From assembly GCA_965637545.1 (NCBI GenBank), contig OZ281495.1, positions 22,568,001 through 22,632,000 on the forward strand: 64,000 nucleotides of DNA, read 5' to 3'. The stretch comes from Phallusia mammillata (Eukaryota). The first letter of the stretch is position 1; the number at the start of each line of letters is the position of its first letter. The notes under the pieces were generated by a model. It was given only the letters and a program-made list of their open reading frames with translations. It was not told where the DNA came from and ran no database searches. Position numbers and translations under genes: made by a program. Shown piece after piece: positions 16,851-30,800 of this stretch.

Positions 16851-18898
16851 CTACCTACATATAGTTTTCGTTCGCAAGATAATCTATACATAAAATATTT
16901 GACATGTGAATTTCATTTACTTCTAATGTTCTTATATTTAAGGTTGTGATGTAGTATCACCTATATCAGGTATTGGCGGCAATCAAGTATAATCCCTACT
17001 TAGAAGATTTAGAATCCATGATGTGTATGAACCCGCTCGTTTTTCATTTATTCTTGTGGCTGAGCTTATAACATATACAAGCAAGTTATGCCACTCTTTT
17101 TCACTTTTTTCCACGTGTTTTATTCAAAATATATATAAAATATAGACTTTGCCACAAGAAAAATATACATTACTTAGTAACTGAAGCTTTCAGTACACCT
17201 AAATCAAACTTGAATCATCCGTATTGAGCGCACGTTGGTTCAGGACGATTTCTGTAAAAGCACAGTTATATAAGAAAAATATACGTTTCAAATAGACTTT
17301 GGTTTATTTAATGGCATTAAACAACAGTGTCACCGTGCGACATTTCTGTTGGTTAGCACCGCCCGGTAAGCGGCGGTATGTACATTCGAAAACAACATGA
17401 CTGTAACTGCACCACAACACACAAGAAGTTCCTGACAAGTAAAAGTAAACCTATATACCTGAGCTTTTGTGAGATGCTAGAAACATTTTTACGAACAAAG
17501 AGTCGCTGGAACATATTGTTTTAATATATGGCACATGATATGCCACGACTCGAACAAATGCAAAGATTTGTTTAAAAACGTTTCTTTGTTTTGTATAAAA
17601 AAATAATTTGTTGGTTGTCTTTATTTTGGGATTAACGCCGATGGCAGGCCTCGATATAGTGCTTGCGATGCAACTTTTAGCAGCAAGTGGCTATGTTGGC
17701 AAACTCGAAAATTGGTTAATATAATCAATACTGTCTTTGTCTTAATCAATACTGTCTTTGTCTTAAAGATAAAGATTTTCCCTTGTGCTTATTAGGCAAA
17801 TATGCTCAGGCTTTAAAGGTTAGCAAGACATTTTTAAGGTCGGCTCGATATACGCTTTATTACTGTAGCATTATAACTTTACGTTGATGCGGATATGAAC
17901 TTTAAAATGTGCAGTGAAAGTCCACTGCACGTATGACGCCACACATGTACAAGGCGAAACTTAAATCGATCTTCATAAATTATGCAAGCTCCCGACGGAC
18001 GAACGGCAATCATTTCACTGTCTCTCAGGGATCACCCTCGTTATTTCTCTCTCATGTTTAAAAAGGTGCGCCTTGCGGTTCAGTCTACCCCAAACAAAAA
18101 TTAGAAACTGAAAAGGCCACTTCGTTTACTTTCTCATGTCAAAGCGTTACAATGTCCAATAATTTTTTTTAAACACAGTATTGGATAGATGATGGACTGT
18201 AGCCTACCCTAAAAGTTCATTACATTTCAATTCAAAATGTTACAATGCAAATACTCAAAAAGTGTTATTTTATGAAATAAGAAATACTGTTTTGATTAAC
18301 AAAATATTTATTATGTCTAAATAATAAGTTAAAAATAACGTATTTATACATAAATCAGAAGCCCTAAAAAGGTAACCACATTATGTTGGACAAGATGTGT
18401 TCCAAATCATGTAATACATTTTCTAAATCGAAAATCACGTAGACATGACCACATCTGGAGCCATTTACGACAAAGCCGACCTGTGGCAATGCATTATTCA
18501 CACGTCACGAGCGTTGATTGTGTGTGGAGGTCTATGTTTAACGCTGGGTTTCGACCGGTGGAGAAAAACGCACGAGCTGTATCGATTAATGTCCACTATG
18601 TTATGTATTTTTGCCCATCCTGCAGCACTTCTTCGTCAGTGTAAGAGTCGAGCAAAGACAAACAGCCTTGCGACTGGCAGATAAGATTGTGCTAGGTATG
18701 TACATTCCACAAGCGAAGAAAACAGTGAACAGATTAGAGTCTGTGCGATGATACTTACTGAAACTTATGCTAGTAACTATTCTCTTGATTTCGTTTACAG
18801 CTTTTAAGGTTACTGGCGTTACAATCAAACTGAGTAAATTGTACAGCACGATAATCAGTGGACATCTCGAGTCAGTTAGTTTTCGACCAATTGTTTGA

Positions 18899-21800
18899 AT
18901 GGCAAAGCAGTTTCAAAGAGTCTTTTCACAATTAAGTCTTCTACCATACTTACTACTGTTGTGTTTTGCCTTGCAATCAGCGTTTGGCTCAGGGGCCAAA
19001 CAACATGCCAGTCTTGGTACGAATAAGCCCCCTCATGTATTCACAAATGACTTCATAGTGGAAATGACGCCGGAAGGGCCATCAACAGCAAAGAGGGCCC
19101 ATGCAGATTGGCTGGCTACAAAACATGGATTTGAGAATCGTGGCACGGTAAGTCAGACTAATGTTTTCATTCAACACTTGTATGTTTAACACCTAACGCA
19201 TGTAATTTTGCCATGAGACTGTAATTGAAACCAGTTTTGGGTTCAACAATTTACCAACAACGCTTTGATTTTGCCTGGTATCTGGGTAAACATTGCCTAA
19301 GCGAAATGCCTCGCTTGGGTGGTTTTCTCAAGGAAAGGAACCATTTTGCTGTGCGAACGTCGCTATTTACACAGTAGGCAAGCCGACAGTGAAACGCCAA
19401 CAGCAAACACCACAAGCTTTCCCTTAAAACACCTATTTCGTACACAATGTATTATGCATAATTTTGTGTTTAATGCCTAGTCGATCAAACACACAAGTCG
19501 TTTTCAGCCATTCTGAAATGCATTATGTATGCGATTTAACGAACGCAATAAGATATATTTTTCCTTGGAATGACGCACGCCCAACTACTGACGACTGTTA
19601 CCTGCGCAAAAACGATATTAGCCATTGTTCACAAATGAATTATTTAAAGGCTTATGACCTTTACGCCGTGCGACGTATCTACTCCCAATGATGGACTTGA
19701 GGATGTCATGAGAACCGTTTTTTACATTTTAAATTTCGTGTGAAATGTTGTCAAAATATTTTCCGAAATACTGTTTTATAGAAGTTTATAGAAGTCGCCT
19801 TTATGTAAAAGCGTACAGATCACAGTGACATTCACAAACCCTGCGCAATTACTTGCCCCAAACACATATTGATTTCAAAATTCCATTATTAACACATATG
19901 GATTGTATATATATATGGCACTTTCCTCTTAGACAACCCAACAATACGTGTCATACCAATGAGTGAGATACGTGTGCTTCTGTGGTTTTCGTGTGTTGCT
20001 GCACGCGTTTCGCATGTACATAACAGAGATATACTGCGGTTTTTCCACAAATTATCATACATGTCGGTGTGTCATGTCACACATGCAAATATACGAACCG
20101 CAGTAATTTTGTTCGTAGTAAATCGCTAGAAATATACTTGACCTGGAAATTCCGTGCCATGTAATCTGTTTGTGACTCTTGATTCAGAAACGTTATCTGC
20201 TTAAAAATTGTTTTCCATCGCACAAATGTTACATGTCCACCATACAATTGCGTCTATTCTTTTGCGGGCCATCTATATATACGTCCTATGAGCTCGCTTT
20301 GGAGTTGGTGCGAGACATTTTAACCATTAAAGTTTGGTTCTTCCACATGAAAAATATTTATCCTCCATATGCAATTTAATTTTGGCAAAGAAATGCTATT
20401 TGTCTCGCTTTGCTATTGTTCGGAGCCCACAAAAATATGTTGGCAAGTTTTACATTAAAAAAGTTTCCGCAAGGTCGCGCAATGGAGTAAAACTAAGTTG
20501 TCGACCTGACAAGTTAACTCAAGTTGGGCAAGAGATGCGGCTTTCCGCGTAAAAATCGGCTTTCGGAATACCTGAATAAGAGTTGTGTATTAAAATGGTA
20601 GAGTGAATGATGTATTGCTGTGGTAGACTTCCATATATAATTCCACATGTAAAAAGCGCTCGGTCTGTCCTGTCGACTAATTAGGTGAGAATGAATCATG
20701 TATATCACACAGTTTTGGTGACTCGTTGCAATTTACTTCATGTTGGCGGTCGAACAAGGCATTGATCAATGATCGATAATCATTCGTGTTAGTCAGGGAA
20801 ATGGCACGTCCCTGTTTCCCCTGAAGGCCATTGGGTTTACCACGAGCAGTTTCGATCGATATGCAATCGCATTTTTTTAATTATAATTATCTGTCATTCG
20901 CAAAAAGGGCGCCTGTCCTGAGCCCTCTTTGCAACTGTTAGAGGCACTCCGAATGTCGTACCACAATCACGTTTGTCACATTGCCCATTGATCGGTCATG
21001 TAACACATTAACCACGACGTTGTAAAATACATCGGTCCCACTTAAGTGTTTGACTTTGCCTTGGCTTACCGAGAACAGCAAACATCCGGAACAAGGGAAG
21101 CTCTGTAGTTAAACAATGGTTGTTTTGCCAAGATTGGCCCGATTACAATCCTGGTGGGATGATTTTGATCCAATAATTCATCTTGAGTATGCCTGTATTT
21201 GATTGAAAATCAAATCGCACGCCACACAGTATTTTTGACCTCGAATTCACTTTTTATGGCCCTTCCGTAGTTGAAAGCCGATTCGCAAAGTTGAGAGACC
21301 CAATAACCGCAAGGGCTGCTGTCTCGCTGGTTTGTACACCCAAAATCGACCCTGGTTGTTGGATGAGCGGTGCCGGGGTTCACCAATCGGGCAATGTCGT
21401 AATAATAGAACCGCAAGTAGCTAGTTTGTTACTTTCCCAAGCCACAAATCATTGTTTCCCGACGCTCAGCGAGTACAATGTCGACAGGAAACTGTAATAG
21501 ATTTGGCTTTTGAACTTCGGCCCCGATCCTATGAAAAGAATATTTAAAACTGAATGTGTTTTGGCAGGTTGTTGGGGACGATGGGCTTTACCATTTTCGA
21601 CATCGAGCCTTAAAAAGAACCTCACAAGAGCCAAGTTTGGAACACATATGGAAGCTGCGGTTGTCGCCAAAGGTAATTTTGAGGTTGACTTAAAGCAACT
21701 CCAACATGAATTCTGTGGTTAAGTTTCGAGCTTCTTTGCCCAGGTACAAAATTAATCTCCCTGGCTTTTGCAGGTTAAAAAGGTTCGACAACTTGAAGGA

Positions 21801-24800
21801 TACGGTCGGTTGAAACGGGGTTACAAGACAAAAGAACATACATATCAGGGCCATGATCCGCTTTACAAATTCCAGTGGTACATTGTAAGTAACGTTTACC
21901 TTGCAAATAGTAACAACTTTGGCAACATGTTTTAATGGTATATGAAGAGCGAACGTTATGACAATTGAATATATATTTCGAAAGTTCTATTTGTAGTTGT
22001 GGATCCCATTTAATGACTATTTTTCAAGTACTAAAAATAAAATTTCGCTAAATAAGAGCCGTTTTATGAGAAGAGTTTACCATTCACACGATCGTTTGGC
22101 CATTTCGTGGTTATATTTGGCCTTATTAAATGTGAAAAATTTGAGACCAAACAAGCACGCTTGGCCGTGCAAACAGCAAAGTCATGGCTTATGGCAACAG
22201 TTAACGGGACAATAACCCGCGCCTGGGTCCAGTGACGATTTGACTGACGGAATAACGATGTTTGTTTTCCAGAACAATACGGGGCAAGCGGGTGGCACCG
22301 TCGGCTTGGATTTGAACGTACAAAAGGCCTGGGACATGGGTTATACCGGCAAGGGTGTCACTGTAGCTATAATGGACGACGGAATCGATTATCTTCACCC
22401 CGACCTGCGTGACAACTACGTGAGTCAGAACTGTCAACATCCATGTTGATCATTTGTGCTTAATCGAATTTTTAATGAAAGCAACAGGGCACTGCAAAAT
22501 GCCAAGAAAATTAATGTGATCCGTAAAAACTGAAAACTCACTATTGACAAGAAGTGGCATTTAAACTGTACACATAGAAGAGGTTGAAAAACGTTTACAA
22601 AAAGATATACATACGCCTTTTTAACTTACTTTAACTGAAAAAGCATACACATAGCATGAATTATATAACGGCGCAACGTAAGGTTTTGCAAAGGGTGTGT
22701 ACAATGTATACATTGATACAAAACAGCACATGACAAGTTATGCTGAAACAAAAGGAAAGGACACTTTAAACACACGCAATATGACTGGAAACATGGTATG
22801 AGTAAAAACTTACAAACGATATTGAAGCATTTGAAAACATAGCAATGCATAAATAAAAATGCGCCATGCAAAAAGACTTGAACAACGCGTAAAATAAACA
22901 ACATTAAAAAAGATTGGAGAAAGTAACTTAACAATGGAAGTTGAGCAGCGGACACACCGCCATGCGTCTTATCTTTAATCGGCGGACGCCAGATTGCAAA
23001 CACTCACCCTTTGCGGTTGTTTGCAAATATTTGTTCAAACGTTTCCAACCGCACGTCGATCAATGCAAAGTTGTTTGGCTCGCGTTCACCAAGTCGCACT
23101 AATCGTCGTCGTCAAATATGAAAGTGGTGCTTTTGACGTCGAGTTGCCGCTCGATCATACCGACCAGCCATCGGTCAGCTTCAGTTTTGCGTCGTAACCA
23201 ACCCACAGTAAGGTGTCGGTCTATCATTTCGATTCGACGCTCCTCCGACAACGCCGCCCATCGCCGTCGGTTCAGGCAACTGCTGTCGGCTAAATCGAGC
23301 AAAGTGCGACGAAGGCGATTGCAAACCACGTGACCAATGCAGCACACCACCTGCACTTTTTGCTCGCTCGTCATTTCTTTCCAAGGCACGTTGCGAGCCA
23401 GTTGGTATTGACTTACTCCAGAAGATGTCGGCGGACAGTGGGAGCATTGCCTCGGTGAGCGCAGCACGTCGCGTATGTCCCCCCTGAAGTCGTCTACCGA
23501 AACACTGCGAATAAGACGATCGCGGATACGCACAGGGTGAGAACATGGCCTTCCCCGGAATCTGGAAGCGCGTTTTCGGAAGATTCTGATTTGCTTTTCA
23601 AAAAGCATTTTAAGGCTCTCCTTCCATACGCGCTTTGTTGCTATGGCCAGAGCCTGGGTTACAATGCCCAACTGGCCGCGGAATCGTATCTCCCACGTGT
23701 GTTCGGACACAAACGCGTATCCGACGGGCGACGGCACTGCCGGGCTGTTGTTGTCGTTGGTCGCAGATTTCAAAAATAATCGCAGTTTGTATCGCTGATC
23801 GGATGAAGCTACATCGGTTGCCTCCAAGTAAACATACGGCGGATTCGTACAAATGTACCTGTTTTGTGCCACAGCTTCGTTGGTGTTGGAGCCGTAATAG
23901 CAAGCTCGAACATGCTGCATGACGTCAGTGGTCATGTAAACGTCATGCCACGGGTGCCTGAGGGTCATACGTCGAATATCCTCTCTAGCGTCGGGTTTCA
24001 AGGCATCAACATCGAACAGCTCCATCCTCTCTGCACACACAAAATGCGGTAACGTTAGCCAGCTCATGAGCTGATGCAATAAAGCGATGCAAAATCAAGT
24101 GCCACTTCCCGCAATAACCTGTCACGAGTTTCCAGAAAAATGCACACACAAAGCGTAAGCCGCTGTATTTGATACTACATGCATGTTTGCGTCCATGTCG
24201 CTTTTTTTGCGGCCGTTTAAGACCTACCATGCCGAGGACGTGAACTTTGTAAGCAAACGATTTATGTTTCTAAATTGCCACGTTTTAACACGCCTAAACA
24301 AACAAGGCTTACTCAATCCTGCACATTTAACCTTTTTAACTTTATTTTTTGTTTAACCCCAAGATTGTAAATTTATATTGCCTCGACTAGGTCATAAAGG
24401 GTCGAAAATAGCAAGCCTACACCTGACTCTTGTGCAGTCGATCCCACTTCTATAAGAATATCGACCAATTCTCAATTAAAATTTTATGGCATTCTAAAAT
24501 TTTAATTTTCTTTTTATCTCCAATATTTACCGTTCTTGTGCTGCCGCATTGACGCCGGTGGAAAGCCGAAATTCAGTTGCTTCGCTTCGTTATAGTAAGT
24601 CGTCAATTGCCGATCCTGGTCACGACCGAGGACGGTAACCACCACTCGTGACGTCATCAGTCGGACGGTGCGAAAAGCGTTGTTGACGTAGGGTTCAGTT
24701 GGCTCCACCGGGCCCGTAGCGGTCGCAGACTTGGCGGCAAAGGCGACGGACAGAAACAGGGACAGTAATCCACGAATCACGGTATCTCTCTTTGCTAATC

Positions 24801-27800
24801 GGTCAGATCTTGTCACGTTACGCATGTTCAAGGAGCAACTTCTGTCTGTCCGAAGTCCGTCTTCTCATGCTGGATGCTTGGCGAATCGCGACACAGTCCT
24901 TAAAACTGAATCCAGTGCTTTCGCCTGGAGCATAAACGCAATAACCGCCTCGGTTGCAGTATTTCCTGCACACAGCACCAACGGGCTTCTAAGAAAAAAA
25001 CATGTTTTTATACAGGATCCGGTTTGGCAGTTACTGTTCGCAATTAGTAACGGTAAAACGTCTGTCATAATTTTCGCAGACCTTCAAAACTTACAAAAAA
25101 ACGTCTTGCTCATTGAACCTCGTAACTCTACGCGAAGCTGATTAACTGTGCGCCGCAGAACTTTCTGTGCGGTCCAACCGCATGTTTAGTGAAAAAATTA
25201 CCTTACTGACTGCTGATGGCATGCGAACTCGTCGAAAGAGAACAATCCTGTCACGTAGCTGTGCAAATAATAGCTTTACCCTTGTAAGAGATTTGTAATG
25301 CTCAGTCAAGATCAGCCAAGCGCAAACGACTTTTGCAGTGATGCAAGCCTAGGGCCGCGCTAGGCAAGGTAAGCGTGCTGTCACTGAACCGAAAATACCA
25401 GATTGCACCAAGCAGCTTTGAAAGGCCGCGGGTTTACTGTCTGTCGTAAATGCTCGTTATGCGGGCGAATAACGGCATTCCTGTAAATTTCTCTCAATAT
25501 AACACCATCGCGTTCCGCGGTAAAAACTTGGCACAGTAAAATCATAGACGTCGGCGCAAACAGGCGCCGATTTGATCAACTGCTTCCGATGTGTAAAGCT
25601 CCCAGCGCGGTCCCATGGTGCCCCAACTGCCCGCGTGATTACCGCCGCCACTCGATCACCAACTGAAAGACAAACATGTTTTCGAAAGCGCAAACATGGC
25701 CGCTGTGAACCCACAAGCAAGGATTGAGGCCTGCAACTTGCGGCGGGTTATCTGAGTCGGATCAAGGTTGTTTGTTTATTGACGTACATCTATCACTAAA
25801 CAGGCTACTAATCGGCTTCTTTGCGATTACAAAATTGTAGAAACCACGAAACACGTCTCGGTAGCCAGAAAAGGTGCACATGACCGCATGCGGGAATATT
25901 TACTACGTTGCTTTGACGCAATCTTTTTGACAGTTCAGCACTAATGCAACACTTTCAAATTACCTTTAAAAAAGGTGAACAAATGTTTACGACCTAAACT
26001 TTGCGCCGATCAACTACTTAATAGCTCAACTTGCCCGCTTTTAAACAGTTTTGACATCGTTTGTTTTATAAAAACAACAAATATAACATTGTTAAATTCA
26101 TGACATCATACATGTAGGACCAACAGAAATGCCAACTCGGATCAATGACTGCATATTGCAGCTATTTTACATGTTGTGTTTCTAGGAAATGTACTTGTCA
26201 TGACTCAACACACAAGTACATTTTTCACGACTTAAATGTTAAGTAAACACGAGGTGTTAGTGACTGCTTTGGGGTGGGCAGTTATCACTTGCTGTATGAT
26301 CATAACTATATGCTCATTTTTATTTTTAGAACGCGGAAGCCAGTTACGATTTCAGCAGCAATGATCCTTTTCCATATCCCCGCTACACTGTGGACTGGTT
26401 CAACAGGTGCGCTATTTTCTACAATTAAATTTAGTTTGCTTGGATAAATTGAAGAGACGGGGTAAGGACCGTTTTACGGCATGAAACATGCTTTATTGCT
26501 GTCATATGTCATCTACGTGATATGCGACAAGACGACTTTTTGTCATATTGAGTTACTGATTGTTTGTTTACTGTGCATACGCCAGTTTGGCAGAAGCGCT
26601 CAAACGCTTGAAACTCTTTACGAGAATTGAGTCGAATTTATGATCATTTGATGGGAAACTAACAAACCATTAACAGAACTATCGATTAGTTGCCTGTAAA
26701 ATTCATTGTTTGCTTTCATTTTTGTGTTATTGCGCACCTGCTTCTTCTTTTTAAACACCTGCGCCCGCGCATGACTGGGATTAAACAGCCGGTTTTAAAA
26801 TTTTAAAACCTATTATGATAAACTATCCCGAAACTAATAAGCGTTCCAACAGTCCTTATTTCAAAGGCAAAAAATGGTGACAGTCAAATATATTTCTGAA
26901 ATTCTCAATGTTCTATATTATGATCTTACAATTTATTGATTTTACGGGTATGCGAGGCAAATGTATGCCTATTACCACCTGGAGGTTAAACAATGTTTTT
27001 TTAAAACCCTTCACCCAAACGCCAAGCTGTCCGAAACACAATGAAATTTCTATTTGTTGACGGTTGTTCTGACGACAGGTGGTTCTGACAGAACTAACGT
27101 GACAGCGCAAAAAATTCCTTTCATTAGCGCGGGTCGAAATCAATACGGATTGCGTTTGTTTGTGTGATGAATGACGGTTCAAAGCAGTCAGCGTTAATTT
27201 GCATAATTGTTAAAATTTCTGTAAAAATTCCGACCTGTGGGTGCGAAGTAATCCGATTTTCTACCGGTGATGAAATAGAATTATGCGATGAACAGAGCAG
27301 GGAATTCATACCGTACTTGGTATTAGCTTTTGTTTTTCAACCCCGAATCAAGGTTTTCTTGATTCCTGAGCCACTTCACGACATATTTATCAAATCGCTG
27401 CTGTATACCGTTATTCTAAAAAGTTAGATTCCTATTGAGTTCCCTAATGGTTATGCTGAGAAAAAATATTCCAAAAAGCTCTAAAACTCGAGAGCGCCGG
27501 CTTCAGGCATGTGTGTTGGCATATAAACTTGTGGCAAATAAGCGAAGAACTGCAACTGTTTTGAATAGACTGTGGTTTGCAGCCCGCGAAACGTTTCGCC
27601 ACGTTTGCAACAGCGTTCAAAATCATGCAGTCGCCGCTCGATAACCTAATATATACCGTGTCCAAACACATTTCCTACATCACCAACATCGTAATTAGTG
27701 TCCAGAAAAGTTTAAGCCGGTGCTGATTCTAAGAATTCGCGGTGGCTGTAACCTTGACTTTTGTGAGGAACGATGCTCGAATTAGCGCCGTGAGCAAAAC

Positions 27801-30800
27801 TGGCAGGTCAATGACCGCGCAAACAGGAGAAGCCACGCTTGCTTATCACCTACGCGCCTTTTTGTTTGTTTGTTAGATCTCGATCGCCGTCCCTGGAGGT
27901 TTTAAACCGCTTTGTGTGAAGGTAATCTGTGTTTTTAATCTTCACTATGGTCGCCATATTCTGTGCTTGGTAAACTGTGCCGCAGTCTTTGAGAAAACCT
28001 TATAGACGTCTTGCAGTGTTACTGATCTATATTTTTAAAAGGATTAACATTACACTGTTTGTGAGTTTCCTACAATGTTACTTACGTATTGGTAAAAGCG
28101 TAATGTAAGTGAAAACAAGTTTAGGGACATTGCCATAGTTAACTTATACCCCACGAAGATAATATAAAATTAAATAAATAACAACATTTAATCATAGTTC
28201 AGGTGTTCAAAAATAAGGGTGATGTAATGCCACAGTTACCTTTAAAATATTTACATGCGTTTTCCCACGATGTATTGCCCACACGTTTTTGCCACCCCAG
28301 CCACCGCGATGAATACCACTGTTCAAGTTTTCGTGTAGTGGTTGCGTAATTGCTATTTATAGGAGATGACTGTTTCATTTATTTGGCGTGTTTCTAAATT
28401 CAATGTTGCACGACCACATTCTTTTCATTCCCTTGCCTTGATGCACTTAACAAAAATGCTTTTAACATGGCAGTGGCCAAAACATCGAAGGTGTAAACAA
28501 CAGCGTTGGGAAAATCAAATCTACTCATCTTGTCAAAGATTTATCGGCAGACAGCGCTCTACTGCGCCTTTATGTCATCACACATATTACGTCATGAGGG
28601 AACACAACGTAGCCTCTTAGTGCGAACTCAGCAGCATTTAATGGCATTTACCAAATGTAAAGCTCTTTCTTACCGTAGTTTGCTCCCAGTGATTAGGATA
28701 TTGCGGATCCCTGTGATCGTTATCACCCATCTTACTTATCAGTGTTCGCTGCCTTGGTTCATCCAACAGAGTATAAGCCATTGTTGAGAAAAGGGGCGGC
28801 GTTGGCGTTTGGACAGTAAATGACCGTTTGCGAATCAATCAACTTAATCCCGTGGTTGTTTGCCCCAAAAGCAGAGTCAGATTTTGAAAACTGTACGGTT
28901 TCCGTAGATGTCTAAACCGCCGGTGGGATTTCAATCAGCGTTTCCGGACTGACCCTTTGTTAATCCAAAAACGCGGCCAGTAGCAATGATCTGTTTGAGT
29001 GTCCACAAACCCAGACCTGCTAAGTGGATTGGTTTAGCCCTAAAAATCCACCAGCAAAAATCCACTTATTGCAGCTAAAAACAACAATTCAAGTTAGTTG
29101 TCGTTCAGTAATGTTCTAATGCCTTTAAAATTGAAACAAAATTACATCTACCCAACAATATTGTCAAGAAGATACGATATAACCTTTTTTACTTGCATTG
29201 TTAGCCCCACATTAAACGCAACATGAAATACCAAGTGTTAGACAAAGTTCGTTATAGCACAGAAAGACGTTTTTTGTTGATTAAAATCTCTATCGTTGAA
29301 AATGTCTTTACATTTGGGTTCGATTTATCATCATAGGGGTAGGTAACTCATACCTAAAACTTATCAGCTCGATTTGCAACTACAAATTTGGAAAAGTGTA
29401 TGTTAAATCCAACACTACTGCAGACTTTCGTGTAACCCGACATAAAGATTTAACTTCTGTTGGTTCGATTTGTTGCTTTGTGGAATTTAAACGAGAACAA
29501 AGTTCAAACAACAACCTGTTATCACTTTCCTTTGCAGTCACGGAACACGGTGTGCAGGGGAGGTTTCAAGCATTGCAGACAACGGAATATGCGGAGTGGG
29601 AGTGGCTTACAACTCGAAAATTGCAGGAATTCGAATGTTGGATCAGCCCTATATGACAGACGTGATCGAGGCGGCTTCGATGTCGTATAAACCAAACCTC
29701 ATCGATATTTACAGGTAAGAATATCGATGCGTCGGATGTAATTAGTCACCATGGTAACGTTCGGTCGGATGTTAATGACGTCAATGCAAATGTCATGTGA
29801 TTACGCCGTAGACTATTCCGTCACAAGTACTAATATTATTTTAAGTCATGGCCAAAACACTCCAGGATTCTGTCATGCGTCGGAGCGATTTGAATCTAAA
29901 CAAGCGCAATACCGTTGATAGCGTCACGTTAAGATAGATTACGTCACGCGGAATGCCTTATAATCTATTGACAGACTCAGAAGGCGGACATACGCCATTA
30001 ATAGAGGCTCTATCGATTCCCGGTACAGGGTAGGCGGTCGTACGCGACAGATGGGTGGATGAATTGTTGTTTTTGCAGTGCGTCATGGGGACCGACGGAT
30101 GACGGAAGGACTGTGGACGGACCTCGTGAATTGACATTACGGGCGATAGTCGATGGAGTGAATAAGGTATTGAAGTAGAATGGATGTTGAATAGATTTTC
30201 GAAAAGTCTAATCGTTGGTATTTTGCATATTGTTGCAACAAGCACAAATATTCACATCAACAACGGTGTTTTATATGAACTATATGTAATTTCGCAAGTG
30301 GGTTTGAATAATAATCAGTCTCACACTTTTATTCTCGAAAGAGATCGTGTGTAATTCCAACAAACACATTTATTCTTAAACATAATTTTTAACGCTGTTT
30401 TCAAATGTTGCCACTTCTAACGTTCTCACCATTTGTTGTGAAACACTCCCCTATAGGATGTAGGGCGAAATGTATAATCAAGCATTTCTAATAATACCAC
30501 ACATAACACAACTCCATACTAAACTCCAAAATTAAATCTCTAAAAATTCTATCATACAGGGTCGTAATGGACTTGGTTCGATATATGTGTGGGCTTCTGG
30601 TGACGGTGGTGCTGATGACGACTGCAACTGTGATGGTTATGCTGCCTCCATGTGGACAATCTCGGTGAATTCGGCTATTAATGATGGAGAAACAGCTTTG
30701 TACGACGAAAGCTGTTCGTCAACCTTAGCTTCAACTTTTAGCAACGGACGTGGCCAACGCCCCGGTTCTGGAGTGGTGAGTGTTTTGCGTCAACTAGTAT

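Noticed and set aside
17722-17766. 21-bp tandem duplication
   Set aside because: Only two units with no spacers. This is ordinary slippage, not an array.
23150-23400. HMG-box or DUF4706 resemblance of WKEMTSEQK and [15 protein letters not shown] in the nested protein
   Set aside because: These are short helix motifs only, the rest of each domain is missing, and a signal peptide conflicts with an HMG role.
24865-24867. Selenocysteine or readthrough at the in-frame TGA upstream of the nested gene
   Set aside because: There is no redox-like context, I could identify no SECIS, and the stop context is not leaky. Readthrough would also bury the signal-like segment.
26791-26810. Perfect 20-bp palindrome GGTTTTAAAATTTTAAAACC
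   Set aside because: Low-complexity AT sequence with no TSD or associated element.
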